In this document: piece by piece, positions 9,478-19,225 of the stretch | Numbering within the stretch: position 1 is the first letter of the stretch | Layout: each line of letters begins with the position of its first letter | Source: an uncultured Eubacteriales bacterium | GTDB taxonomy: Bacteria > Bacillota > Clostridia > Oscillospirales > CAG-272 | Assembly: GCA_934432725.1 (NCBI GenBank) | Contig: CAKRZE010000001.1 | Span: 207,031-271,030 of the forward strand | Direction of reading: 5' to 3' | Length of the DNA stretch: 64,000 nt | Notes under the pieces: model-generated | Seen by the model: only the letters and a program-made list of their open reading frames with translations | Told to the model about the DNA's origin: nothing | Databases searched by the model: none | Position numbers and translations under genes: made by a program

Positions 9478-9933
9478 TTATCCGTGACGCTGATACGAAG
9501 CGTGCTTTTTCTTCAGCAGATTGTATTCCGACCGCGGATTGACAATTTCACGCCAGTCAAGATCCCCTCTGTCCAGCGCACGCACCAGAATTTCGGCGGT
9601 CGCAATGTTGGTTGCCACAGGGATGTTGTGAATATCACAGTTCCTCAGCATGACGGAGGCAACCTTGTCCTCCTCGTCATCCATAACGGCGGTATCGCGG
9701 AAGTAAATCAGCATGTCGATTTCATCATACGAAATCCGGGAGGTGATTTGCTGCATTCCGCCGTGAGGACCGGACAAAAGACGTTCAATGGAAAGTCCCG
9801 TTGCATCCGAAATATATTTTCCGGTTATTCCCGTTGCACATAGATTATGCTTGCTCAGGATACCGCAGTAGGCAATACAGAATTGTGTGATCAGTTCCTT
9901 TTTTCTGTCGTCTGCGATAATGGCAATTTCCAT
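9478..9933 (-). CDS. mgsA: methylglyoxal synthase
   Basis: 151-aa ORF. MEIAIIADDRKKEL...LCATGITG...LSGPHGGMQQI...DIHNIPVATN is the MGS-like domain pattern. Confidence 0.85.
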   Translation of the reverse strand: MEIAIIADDRKKELITQFCIAYCGILSKHNLCATGITGKYISDATGLSIERLLSGPHGGMQQITSRISYDEIDMLIYFRDTAVMDDEEDKVASVMLRNCDIHNIPVATNIATAEILVRALDRGDLDWREIVNPRSEYNLLKKKHASYQRHG

Positions 9934-9960
9934 CTCAATCAGTCCTTTCGATATATTGAA

Positions 9961-10761
9961 TTATTGTAGGTGCTTAAGCAGCCGGCTTCTGGAAACACCG
10001 CGGAAACCGGTGAAAAGCGGAACCTGCACACCGCAGATGCGCGATGCAAGATTCTGATACGCGATCGGAACGTTGGAGCCCTTGATCATATACACAGGCT
10101 TTTGCGCTGCCTGATACGCCATCACGCGGCTGTCAAACGGAATCACGGAAATCAGCTGCAAATAGGTATCATCAATGACACCGGATAAGCTGAATGGCTC
10201 CTGTACGGTATCGGCAGGATTCAGATCAAAGCAGTTGATCACAAGCCTTCTCTGCGTGATGCCGAGATCAAGAAGCACAGAGCCTGTCCGCTCTGCCGCG
10301 CGAATGGAGGTAGGCTGATTGGTCGCCACCACCAGTGCCATAGCAGAAACGGAGGCTGCCATCCTTACACTTTGTCCGATTTCACCGGGGGTATCCAGCA
10401 GAATATAATCATACTGCATTCTCTCCGCAATGGAATGCACCATGCGGCGGAACGCCTCCGGATCTACGCTGTCCTCCGAGCGGCTGTACGGCGCGGCAAG
10501 CAGCGACAGATTCGGGCATTCCGGATACGGAAGAATTGCCTTTTCCGGGGAGATCACACCCGCCATAATGTCGCAGACATCATAAATAACACTGTCCTCG
10601 ATGCCGAGAATCAGATCAAGCGAACGAATGCCGAAGTCACAATCGATCACCAGCACCCGAAATCCCTTTTGTGCCAGTGAAATTCCCAGATTGGCAGATA
10701 TTGTGGATTTACCGACTCCGCCCTTGCAGGACGTAATCATAAGAATTTTTGTACCATTCAT
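9961..10761 (-). CDS. MinD/ParA-family P-loop ATPase
   Basis: ORF 9961-10878 trimmed to ATG 10761 (MNGTKILMITSCKGGVGKSTISANLG, a deviant Walker A). LVIDCD and ILLDTPG motifs are present. It sits immediately upstream of mgsA. Confidence 0.8.
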   Translation of the reverse strand: MNGTKILMITSCKGGVGKSTISANLGISLAQKGFRVLVIDCDFGIRSLDLILGIEDSVIYDVCDIMAGVISPEKAILPYPECPNLSLLAAPYSRSEDSVDPEAFRRMVHSIAERMQYDYILLDTPGEIGQSVRMAASVSAMALVVATNQPTSIRAAERTGSVLLDLGITQRRLVINCFDLNPADTVQEPFSLSGVIDDTYLQLISVIPFDSRVMAYQAAQKPVYMIKGSNVPIAYQNLASRICGVQVPLFTGFRGVSRSRLLKHLQ

Positions 10762-10898
10762 GCGGCAGCCTCTTAAATTCGGTATTCCGGACATCCGGTA
10801 TAAGGCAGCATCTGCTGAAGCCGCAGCCGGTTCCCCGCTTTTCGAAAAACCGAAAAACGGCAGAAACCTTTTCCGCACAGCAAAACTCTCACGATACT

Positions 10899-10927
10899 AT
10901 CATATCAGAATATCCGTAGAATGTCAA
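10899..10927 (-). promoter_or_regulatory. candidate sigma-A promoter for the minD-like/mgsA operon
   Basis: Minus strand reads TTGACA (10927-10922), a 17-nt spacer, then TATGAT (10904-10899). A perfect 9-bp palindrome GCATGAAAT-aga-ATTTCATGC at 10959-10979 sits just upstream and could be an operator. Confidence 0.55.
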
Positions 10928-11198
10928 TCAAATACATAAAGTTTTATCTGTCAAGTCCGCATGAAATAGAATTTCATGCATAATTCCCGAATCGGATCAT
11001 GCAATCCGAAACACAACGCGCTATTATACCACAAAGGATTCATTTTGTCAATGTCAAAGGATTCCTCCGACAGACCTGCAAACGCAATGCAGACACGCTT
11101 TCCGCAGAATCCGATCATGCAGAGACAGCCGGGCGGATTCCGCAAAAAAGCATCTTTCGGAAAACCAGCCGCAAAGCAGCTTGCTTTTCTGTCTGCCC

Positions 11199-12983
11199 TT
11201 ATGCCTCCGGGGCAGGCTTCAGCAGAAGCGACGGCTGCATGGTTGCTTTCAGCTTATACATCAGGTAATCGTCATCCACCTTGGTCACGGCTCCCCCGAT
11301 GATCGGATATTCCTCAAGATTTGCCTTGGTTTCCCGCAGCATATCTTCACAAAAAACCATTCCGGGCGTTTCATCAAATTCCGCAATCAGATTGCGGTCA
11401 TCCGTCAGTCTGAATTTTATCAGTCTGGTGCAGGGCGTTTCCTGATAGCTGATCCTGAGCTTCAGAACAGGACGCTCCTCCTCATCCACCGCGCACTGTC
11501 CGGACACCGCCACCCGGTACGGCGCCTTCCGGAAGGTCAGGTCCGTCACCTCCGGCACATCAAAGCCGACCGGCAAACAATAGTCCTCCTCCTGCTCGGT
11601 AAAATGCAAAAGGAATTTTCCGTCTGCACAGGAAAAACCGATTTTCCACAGACCGCCCGTATACCGGTTGCTGATCATTTGCAGCAGCATCGGCATCAGT
11701 CCGATATGGGAAGCAATGTCTTCCTCTGTCACGAATACCTTCCCGGACCAGATATTCACGCATTCGGAGGGATATGGCAGCTCCTGCCGGCGCGGTCTGT
11801 GAAAGAAAAGGAGCCAGTGGTGCTTCGGTTCTGGTCTGCGGTGCGGAATCAGAGAACGGCAGAGCGCTTTCAGCTGTTCCTCGCCCGTATGCGACGGAGG
11901 AAGAGACACAGGCGGCGTCAGATTTCCGAAAAACCGCTCTACAAGCTTAAAGTAATTTCCCTGCTGGAACATTTCGTCATTTCCGGCATTTGTCACAAGC
12001 AGAATGCCGCTGTCGCGCATACCGAGCACGTTCTGCCCCAGCATGCCGTTAAATAAAAACCAGTCGTGCCTGCGGCAGCGCCATATCTGATACCCGTAAT
12101 CAAAATCGCCGTATTCCTCCGGCGCCTGCGCATGCACTGCCGTTGCCTGCCGAAGATACGCCTCGGAAATCAGACGACTCCCCTTCCAGATTCCGTCCTG
12201 CAAGACAAGCTGCCCGATCTTTGCAAAATCCTCTGGTCTGATGTAAAGCCCCCAGCCGCCCTTTTCGGTGCCTGCCGGACATGTTTCCCAGAAATATGAG
12301 CCGATACCGAGCGGTTCATACAGCCGCTGCCGCAAAAATTCCGTCATACTCTTTCCGCTGAGCTTTCGGACGATCGCAGAAAGAAGGTATGTATTCAGGC
12401 TGTTATACCGGAAGGTTTTTCCGATTTCCCCAGTCACGGCAGAGTTCAGATAGCATTTCAGCCAGTCCGTATCGGTCATAGCTTCCGCTTCATTGAATAC
12501 GATTCCGCTCCGCATTGTCAGAACGTCCTCCACGCGCAGCGCGCCGAGCTTCAGCCGCACAATCGGAGAGATCTGCTTTTCGAATATAGAAACAATCTTG
12601 TCATCCAGCCGCAGCTTTCCGTCGTCAATCAGCATACCGATCGCAAGCGATGTCACACTTTTGCATGCGGAAAACGTATATTTCGGAACAAGAATATCCT
12701 GATCACCGAAGGAGGACTCAAAAATCACCTTTCCTCCGCGCAGAATCATCATATTGTGCATGTGAAGCGAACGGTCATTTTTGACCGCCAGAACAAAGTC
12801 CCGCAGCATGGCAGAGGAAATCCCCTGTGATTCCGGGGTCGCGCGCTCAAACGGCTGATCTATGGGAGAAATCACGCATGCAGGCTTTTCCACCGGCGTA
12901 TCCGTAATCGGAATCACGCTGTGATGGACGTCAAAAACTCTGTTCAGAAGGGTCAGGGTATGTCCGACTGAATTGATATTCAT
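11199..12983 (-). CDS. serine hydrolase (class C beta-lactamase/PBP-related family)
   Basis: ORF trimmed to ATG 12983 (MNINSVG), with an AAAGGAG SD 7 nt upstream. An S-x-x-K motif lies in FTFSACKSVTSLAIGMLIDDGKL. About 594 aa with a C-terminal extension. Confidence 0.75.
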   Translation of the reverse strand: MNINSVGHTLTLLNRVFDVHHSVIPITDTPVEKPACVISPIDQPFERATPESQGISSAMLRDFVLAVKNDRSLHMHNMMILRGGKVIFESSFGDQDILVPKYTFSACKSVTSLAIGMLIDDGKLRLDDKIVSIFEKQISPIVRLKLGALRVEDVLTMRSGIVFNEAEAMTDTDWLKCYLNSAVTGEIGKTFRYNSLNTYLLSAIVRKLSGKSMTEFLRQRLYEPLGIGSYFWETCPAGTEKGGWGLYIRPEDFAKIGQLVLQDGIWKGSRLISEAYLRQATAVHAQAPEEYGDFDYGYQIWRCRRHDWFLFNGMLGQNVLGMRDSGILLVTNAGNDEMFQQGNYFKLVERFFGNLTPPVSLPPSHTGEEQLKALCRSLIPHRRPEPKHHWLLFFHRPRRQELPYPSECVNIWSGKVFVTEEDIASHIGLMPMLLQMISNRYTGGLWKIGFSCADGKFLLHFTEQEEDYCLPVGFDVPEVTDLTFRKAPYRVAVSGQCAVDEEERPVLKLRISYQETPCTRLIKFRLTDDRNLIAEFDETPGMVFCEDMLRETKANLEEYPIIGGAVTKVDDDYLMYKLKATMQPSLLLKPAPEA

Positions 12984-13052
12984 CGCAAATCTCCTTTCGG
13001 TCATCAAACGAAGAACGGATTCCGGGGCTTTTCAATTCCGGCACGGCTGTTT

Positions 13053-13766
13053 TCAGTCCGCCGTGTGAAACGGATTCAGGAAGCGGCTTCCCAATGCGCT
13101 TTTGGTATAGTCGGAGGTTTTTCCGAAAAACAGCTGCTTATGCCCCAGCTGAAGAATACGGTTCGCATATTTGACGGCTGCCGGAATGTCGTGCGACACC
13201 ATAATCACGGTAATTCCGTGCTTCTGATTGATCTCCGATATCACACGGTACATGGAAGCCGTTGCCATAGGATCCAGTCCCGCAACCGGTTCATCCAGAA
13301 GCAAAAGCCGACTGGTTGCACACAGTGCGCGCGCCAGAAGAACTCTCTGCTGCTGCCCGCCGGACAAAGCCTGAAAGCTCTGCTTTTTCATGGCTTCCAT
13401 TCCCATAAGAGCAAGCTTTTCATCCGCATCCGCCCGGTCTGCCTTTCTGTAAAACGGAAGCACACCGCATTGGTTCAGGCGGCCGGAAAGAACCACCTCA
13501 TAAACGCTCGCCGGGAAATCCTTCTGTGCCGCTGACTGCTGCGGAAGATATCCGATTCCGTCCGGCTTCAAGCCGTCTCCGTATAAAATACTCCCGGTTT
13601 CCGGCGCCTTCAGTCCCAAAAGTCCCTTGATCAGAGTGCTCTTTCCGGAGCCGTTTTCCCCGACAATGCACAGGTAATCCCCCGCGTTGACCGAGAAGGA
13701 TACGTCATGCAGCACGGTTTTCCCGCCATACGCAAAGGATACATTTTCACAGGTGATAAAAGCCAC
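13053..13766 (-). CDS. ABC transporter ATP-binding protein (metal/Znu-Mnt type)
   Basis: GTG start with a GAGGAGGGA SD. Walker A GENGSGKST, signature LSGGQQQRV and Walker B LLLLDEP are present. No cognate permease or binding protein is adjacent. Confidence 0.85.
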   Translation of the reverse strand: MAFITCENVSFAYGGKTVLHDVSFSVNAGDYLCIVGENGSGKSTLIKGLLGLKAPETGSILYGDGLKPDGIGYLPQQSAAQKDFPASVYEVVLSGRLNQCGVLPFYRKADRADADEKLALMGMEAMKKQSFQALSGGQQQRVLLARALCATSRLLLLDEPVAGLDPMATASMYRVISEINQKHGITVIMVSHDIPAAVKYANRILQLGHKQLFFGKTSDYTKSALGSRFLNPFHTAD

Positions 13767-13956
13767 TCCGTTCCCTCCTCAAAAAAGCCTGTCCGTTCTC
13801 TTTCCAAGCGTTTTCGGGCTGATCGTTTTTCAGGAAGCAGCCGTAACGCAAAAGCATTTCGAAACCGGAAAACGGTCCGCGCAGCCGGCACGTTTTGCCC
13901 GGACCGGCACACGCACCCGCAAAGCAGCCGTCAATCCAAAGCAGCCGTTCCGACAG

Positions 13957-15345
13957 TCAAGCCACGGCATCCCGGTACTGCATTGCCGCAATCCGGCGGT
14001 CAAGCCTGCGTTTGACCACGGTGTAGCAGATAACATGCACCGCCAGTGTGATAAACCACGAAATCGGATACGAAATATACAGGGATTCCAGCGTCCTGAA
14101 CTGTGCAAACACCGTATAGATCCACACGATCCGCAGTCCGCATGCACCGACAAGCGACACAATCATCGGCATAACGGAATATCCGAGTCCGCGCAGCATT
14201 CCGACCATCGTATCCATCATACCGCACAGAAAGTATGTAACGCAGATAAGACTCATACGCTTCATTCCGACCGCAATGGCTTCCTGCTTGTCCGTATAAA
14301 TACTCAGAAGCTGCGGTGCAAACACAAAAGCAAGCACCCCGGTCAAAGCGCCCGCCGCAAACACAAAGATCAGGCAGTCGCGCAGGATCTTATTGATCCG
14401 GTCATACTTCTTTGCACCGTAATTCTGACCGGTAAAGGTAATTGCCGCATGGTAAACGGAATTCATGATCGTATAAATAAAGCCTTCGATATTGGACGCT
14501 GCCGTGTTGCCTGCAACAACCGCCGTGGATTGGAAGGAGTTTACCGCCGACTGGATCATAACGTTGGACACGGAAAAGATCGATCCCTGAAGCCCCGCCG
14601 GCAAGCCGATTTTCGCCATCATCAAAAGAATTTCTTTGCTGACACGGAGCTTTCGAAGCTCCAGACGGAACGAGCCGGGCATACGCATCAGGCAGATAAC
14701 CACCAGTATTGCAGACAGCGTCTGTGAAACGGTCGTTGCCAACGCGACACCGCTGACGCCCATATGAAAACCAATGACCGTCACAAGATTCAGAATCACG
14801 TTCAAAACCCCTGCCGCAGTCAGGAAATAAAGCGGACGTCTGGTATCTCCTTCGGCGCGGAGAATGGCGCTGCCGAAGTTATAGACCATGCATGCCGGCA
14901 TTCCGATGAAGTATATTTTCATATACTGCACGGCAAGCGGAAGCACGTCGGGCGGCGTATCCATCAGCGTCAAAAGAGGCTTTGCCATCAGAAAACCGAA
15001 TACCCCGACCGCAATTCCGCCGATCAGGCTGACCAGAATTGATGTATGCACCGTCCGGCTGACCCCGTCCTCATCCTGTGCACCGAAAAACCGGGCAGCC
15101 ACGACATTGGTTCCGACGGACAGCCCCATAAACACCTGCACGATCAGATTCACCAGAGAGCCGGTCGATCCTACGGCGCCCAGCGCCTCTTCCCCCGAGT
15201 ACCTTCCGACCACCACAAGATCCGCCGCATTGAACAGCAGCTGGAGCACGCCGGATGCCATTAAAGGAAGGGAAAACAGCAGTATTTTCGGAAACAGCTT
15301 CCCTTCCGTCATATCTATTTCATTTTGTCCCTTTTTGATCCACAT
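13957..15345 (-). CDS. MATE family efflux transporter
   Basis: 462-aa polytopic membrane ORF with the typical MATE N-terminus (KLFPKILLFSLPLMASGVLQLLFNAADLVVVGR) and twofold internal symmetry. Confidence 0.85.
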   Translation of the reverse strand: MWIKKGQNEIDMTEGKLFPKILLFSLPLMASGVLQLLFNAADLVVVGRYSGEEALGAVGSTGSLVNLIVQVFMGLSVGTNVVAARFFGAQDEDGVSRTVHTSILVSLIGGIAVGVFGFLMAKPLLTLMDTPPDVLPLAVQYMKIYFIGMPACMVYNFGSAILRAEGDTRRPLYFLTAAGVLNVILNLVTVIGFHMGVSGVALATTVSQTLSAILVVICLMRMPGSFRLELRKLRVSKEILLMMAKIGLPAGLQGSIFSVSNVMIQSAVNSFQSTAVVAGNTAASNIEGFIYTIMNSVYHAAITFTGQNYGAKKYDRINKILRDCLIFVFAAGALTGVLAFVFAPQLLSIYTDKQEAIAVGMKRMSLICVTYFLCGMMDTMVGMLRGLGYSVMPMIVSLVGACGLRIVWIYTVFAQFRTLESLYISYPISWFITLAVHVICYTVVKRRLDRRIAAMQYRDAVA

Positions 15346-15551
15346 ATCCTGTCACTTTTTATCACTTTCAGAAAACATGCGGGAACACGCTCCGGCATTC
15401 CCGTCAAATATAATCAGATATAAGAAGTATAGCACATTCTCCCGCATTTTGCAAGTACCGCCGGAAAATTGCCGTTCCAAAGCGGATGCCCGTTGGCTTT
15501 CCTTTTTTATACAAAAAACGGCTTGCCCCGCCTAAACCGCCTCAAAGCAAA

Positions 15552-15590
15552 CATAAAAGGAAACGGAGCCAAAGAACTCCGTCCCCGTTT
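15552..15590 (-). terminator. rho-independent terminator downstream of the SDR gene
   Basis: Minus strand reads GGGGACGGAG-ttctttgg-CTCCGTTTCC followed by TTTTATGTTT. Confidence 0.5.
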
Positions 15591-15644
15591 TATGCCGACA
15601 GTATCTTCCGCAGCCGGAAGTACCGATACACCGAGCGATCCGTT

Positions 15645-16445
15645 TTACGGTCTCTGCCCCATGCCGCCTTCCAGTGTAAGCGTTTCACCGCTCATGTACT
15701 TGAAGTCCTCAGACGCCAGCTGCACGCAGACGCGCCCGATTTCCTTCTCCACATCGCCGTAATGTCCCATCGGAGGCATCTTCACATTCGCCTTAAACGC
15801 CTCCGGATATGCCTGCTCGAACTTTTCAAGCTGTGCGGTCCATGCCAGCGGGCAGATCACATTGACGTTAATACCGTCCTTGCCCCATTCGGTTGCGGCA
15901 ACTCTGGTCAGTCCGCGGATACCTTCCTTGGCAGCGGCATATGCGCACTGTCCGTAATTTCCGAACAAACCTGCTCCGGACGCAAAATTGATCACAGTAC
16001 CTTTTGTTTCCTTCAGATACGGATAGCATGCCTTCATATAGTAAAATGCTGCATACAGACCGGAATACAGAGCCAGATCAAACTGCTCTGTGGTATGATC
16101 CGCCAGCGTCACACCGGAAGCGGATGCCTGCGCGTTATTGATCAGAACATCGATTCTGCCAAAGGTCTCCACTGCTTTTTTCACGACACCCTGCACAATC
16201 GCTTCGTTGTCAGAGCCGGCGCTCACGTCAGCCTGCACGGGAAGGACCTTGATCTGATAGAGCCGTTCAAGCTCCTCCTTTGCGTCCTCCAGCTTCTTTA
16301 CGTTTCTCCCGGTCAGAACGAGATTGGCGCCTTCCTTTGCATATGCCGTGGCAATTCCGTAACCGATCGAGCCGCAGCTTCCGTCAGAAAGCACCGCTCT
16401 GCCTCCGCCGGTGATAATCGCCGTCTTATTCGTTAAAAATCCCAT
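15645..16445 (-). CDS. SDR family oxidoreductase
   Basis: 266 aa. Glycine-rich NAD(P)-binding TGGGRAV...GSIG near the N-terminus, an NNAQ motif and a catalytic Y-x-x-x-K (YAAAKEG). An AAAGGAG SD lies 8 nt upstream. Confidence 0.85.
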   Translation of the reverse strand: MGFLTNKTAIITGGGRAVLSDGSCGSIGYGIATAYAKEGANLVLTGRNVKKLEDAKEELERLYQIKVLPVQADVSAGSDNEAIVQGVVKKAVETFGRIDVLINNAQASASGVTLADHTTEQFDLALYSGLYAAFYYMKACYPYLKETKGTVINFASGAGLFGNYGQCAYAAAKEGIRGLTRVAATEWGKDGINVNVICPLAWTAQLEKFEQAYPEAFKANVKMPPMGHYGDVEKEIGRVCVQLASEDFKYMSGETLTLEGGMGQRP

Positions 16446-16956
16446 TCTTATAGCTCCTTTCTGCTTACAGGATTCGACTATAGTGTAGCAGGTTTTCTGT
16501 CAAAAGTCAATCCCACAGGGCATAAAATGTGACAGAATCCCCCTTTGGGGAAAGCATCCGGCTTCCCGCCGCACCTTCGGCATTGAGCCTTTCTTTTTCG
16601 GCTCCGGCATTCAAAATAAAGCCCGGTCAACTGCCGAGCTGCCCCATTCCTGCCCTTTACGTATTGCGGCAGGTCCCCGTATCCCCCCGGCAAAACAGAG
16701 AACAACTGCGCCCGCAGCATTCGGGCCCTCCGCACTTGACCGCATCCAAAAGGTAAAGCCGCATGCCGGAATGACTGCATCGAAGTGAAATATCGGCTGT
16801 ACCGGATGGGAATTTGCCGCTTGCATCGCCCTTGCGGGATCTGTGAAATTCGCTTTATGTGTGAAATACGCTTTCGGTGTGCGGAATGCCGGCGGACCCG
16901 GTTTTATTTCGCATTGCGATGGCGGCGGTGAGTAATGCTTTGCGGCGCTGTTCAAT

Positions 16957-16990
16957 GAAAAAACCACTTGCAAAAGCAAGTGGTTTTTCG
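16957..16990 (-). terminator. bidirectional rho-independent terminator just 3' of tRNA-Ser
   Basis: CCACTTGC-aaaa-GCAAGTGG hairpin (16964-16983), flanked by an A-run on one side and a T-run on the other. Confidence 0.8.
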
Positions 16991-17080
16991 TGGCGGAGAA
17001 GGCGAGGATCGAACTCGCGCGCCGGAAACCCGACCTAACAGTTTAGCAAACTGCCCCCTTAACCCCTTGGGTACTTCTCC
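16991..17080 (-). tRNA. tRNA-Ser (anticodon GCT)
   Basis: The reverse complement reads GGAGAAGTACCCAAGGGGTTAAGGGGGCAGTTTGCTAAACTGTTAGG...GCGAGTTCGATCCTCGCCTTCTCCGCCA. It has a 7-bp acceptor stem, anticodon loop TTGCTAA, a long variable arm, a T-arm and an encoded CCA. Confidence 0.9.
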
Positions 17081-17195
17081 GTGTCAACATTTGTTATTAT
17101 ACCACAAAGCGTTTTGTTTGGCAATAGTCTAAATATAAACATTCTGTGAACATTGGAACAATTTGCTTTCATGCTCCGGCGCCGGCACCTCCGCG

Positions 17196-17233
17196 ATAAA
17201 AGACGCGGGACAGCGGCATATCCGCTGTCCCGC
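17196..17233 (-). terminator. rho-independent terminator downstream of the Cys-repeat lipoprotein gene
   Basis: Perfect 12-bp stem GCGGGACAGCGG/CCGCTGTCCCGC (17205-17233) with a 5-nt loop. On the minus strand it is followed by GTCTTTTAT. Confidence 0.7.
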
Positions 17234-17246
17234 CGGTCTGTGCGTA

Positions 17247-18503
17247 TCAGCTTTTGCTCTTATACTCGGTCGATTCGTAGCCGTAGATACCGCACTCCGT
17301 TGTGCCGTCGAAATATTCAAGCTCAATTTCACCGATGCGCAGCTTGCTCAGTTGACTTTTCTTAGTAATATTCTTCATATAGACATGAAACTCGCCAGAC
17401 AAATCTTTGTAAGCTTTTATCACTTCTCCGTCCTTGAACGGTCCGGTATATTTATACTTTTCCGTAAGGACCTTATCCCCCACCCTGTTATAAAATTCAA
17501 GCGTGAACGTAATGTACTTTATATCCTTTCCGCTTGTATTATATGCTTCAAAATCAAATGCATAACTATCGTTTGAATATATGGAGGCTTCCGCAAGAAA
17601 CTCCCCGCCGATCGGCGCGCCGATACGGGTCCTCATATCCACCATGTTTCTCTCGCCGCATCTTTGACATACGCCGTCGGAAAACGCATGTCCGAGTGCG
17701 GCTGTCTGATTCTTTTTATAGCTGTCAGAGCAGTTTCTGCACTGATACAGCGTATAGCCTTCGCTTTCACAGGTCGGAGCCACAGTTGTGGTTTTGTAAT
17801 CGTGTCCGGTCGCCCTGACTGTTTCGGTATAGCTGTACCCGCAGCCCGTGCAGGTATATTTTTTCTCGCCGGAGGATACGCAGCTGCTGCTTTTAAGAAT
17901 CTCAACCGAATAGCTGTGTCCCTTCGCCTCAAGCTTCTTCTGATATTCGCCTCCGCATCTTGCGCAGACATAAAATTCCTTTCCTGCCTTTGTACAGGTG
18001 TTCTTTTCAGATGATTTCAGCTTGTAATCGTGCCCTTTTTTGGCGATCGGTGCGGGCTTTTCAATTTCCGCCCCGCAAGTCCGGCAAATCGCACCGCCCG
18101 TATGACCGTCCTCGGTGCAGGTCGCCTCTTTTGCGGGCAAAGCCTCCCTGGTATGACCTACAGCCGGAATCACCTCCTGCTTTTCCGTGATTTCGCCGCA
18201 AACGGAGCAATGACTGCCCTCGGTCAAGCCATCGGTGACACAGCCCGGTGCGACAGCCTCATCGGTAACGATTGTGTGACCGCCCGAAAGCGTTTCCGTC
18301 TCGGTCATACCGCAGAGTCTGCATGTGCGCTCCCTTTTGCGGGGCAAATCACAGGACGTGCGTTTTTCCTCCTGCCATTCCCCGAACATATGCACGCATT
18401 CCTTCGTTATCGCAGGAGCCTTTCCGAAAAATTTGCATGCCGACAGCATGCTCAGGAGAAGAACAAGTGCAAGGATGCCAATCATCAAACCAGTCTTTTT
18501 CAT
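17247..18503 (-). CDS. lipoprotein with six tandem Cys-rich (GH..C...C..C) repeats
   Basis: ORF trimmed to MKKTGLMIGILALVLLLSMLSAC (lipobox LSAC). It has six ~35-aa repeats, each starting GH(T/D/S/A) and carrying C...C-x2-C(G) pairs, then a ~130-aa Cys-poor C-terminal domain. Confidence 0.75.
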   Translation of the reverse strand: MKKTGLMIGILALVLLLSMLSACKFFGKAPAITKECVHMFGEWQEEKRTSCDLPRKRERTCRLCGMTETETLSGGHTIVTDEAVAPGCVTDGLTEGSHCSVCGEITEKQEVIPAVGHTREALPAKEATCTEDGHTGGAICRTCGAEIEKPAPIAKKGHDYKLKSSEKNTCTKAGKEFYVCARCGGEYQKKLEAKGHSYSVEILKSSSCVSSGEKKYTCTGCGYSYTETVRATGHDYKTTTVAPTCESEGYTLYQCRNCSDSYKKNQTAALGHAFSDGVCQRCGERNMVDMRTRIGAPIGGEFLAEASIYSNDSYAFDFEAYNTSGKDIKYITFTLEFYNRVGDKVLTEKYKYTGPFKDGEVIKAYKDLSGEFHVYMKNITKKSQLSKLRIGEIELEYFDGTTECGIYGYESTEYKSKS

Positions 18504-18600
18504 GTCTCTTCCCTGCTTTTGCTTTGTAAAAGAAGCCTTCATACTGTGAAAACCGCTTTCCCAAAATAAAAGCTCTCCCTTTCTTGATTGATTTTTCTTA

Positions 18601-18790
18601 GGAAAACAAAAAAGTGCGCCCCCAATGAGAGACGCACCGAAAAAGTGCCGCTCTCATTGTTGCCACACAATCTCAATCAAGCCGCAAAGGGACAAATGAA
18701 ATGAGTAAAGAGAGAAAACACTTTTTACCAAAGTAATTTTCCCTTACGACTTGAATAATATTCGATTGTGTGGCAGTTTCAGTATAGCAC
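18601..18790 (-). promoter_or_regulatory. candidate promoter plus structured 5' leader (possible attenuator) upstream of the lipoprotein gene
   Basis: The minus strand has an extended -10 TGCTATACT (18789-18781). An 11-bp long-range inverted repeat GCCACACAATC/GATTGTGTGGC (18774-18764 and 18672-18662) follows. Next come two mutually exclusive hairpins: CAATGAGAG..CTCTCATTG versus GTGCG..CGCAC plus TTTTTTGTTTT (18660-18603). Confidence 0.35.
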
Positions 18791-19225
18791 ACTCCTCAAT
18801 AAAATGGAAGAGCTTTTCAAAATTTTTTTTGATTTTTTCATACCCCCTCTGTCATCCTCCGAATCGGGCTTTGCCGCCGGACATTCCACTCCCGCATCAG
18901 CCTTCCCGCGGTCCGGCCTCGCGTCAGGAGCCGAAAGCCGGCATTCGGACAGTTCGGACATCGGAGCCTTCCGGGCAGTGAGAGACCCGGGAGAATAAAA
19001 TCCTGCCGTTTCGCATAAAAATGTCGCAGAACGTTTGCCTTCGGAGCACAGTGGAATGCTGCGATGCGAAAGCCGCAACCACGGTCACGTCTTTATGCCC
19101 GTCATAACAGTGCTTCGCGGCAGTGCCGCATGGCATTCCTCCGGGCAATGCGTACCCGCTGCCTTCACAGAGGCACAAATTCAGATATTCAGCCGCTGAC
19201 AGCGGCAGGGAGACTGGAGCACGGT

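Noticed and set aside
13957-15345. The MATE transporter as the missing Wzx flippase of the glycan locus.
   Set aside because: It lies 7 kb outside the operon among unrelated genes, and its N-terminal motif pattern matches drug-efflux MATE (NorM-type) proteins rather than polysaccharide flippases. This cannot be excluded without phylogeny.
18981-19225. Possible lysine (L-box) riboswitch upstream of dapF.
   Set aside because: The conserved L-box core sequences are not recognisable. Only a small GCCGCTGACAGCGGC hairpin is present.
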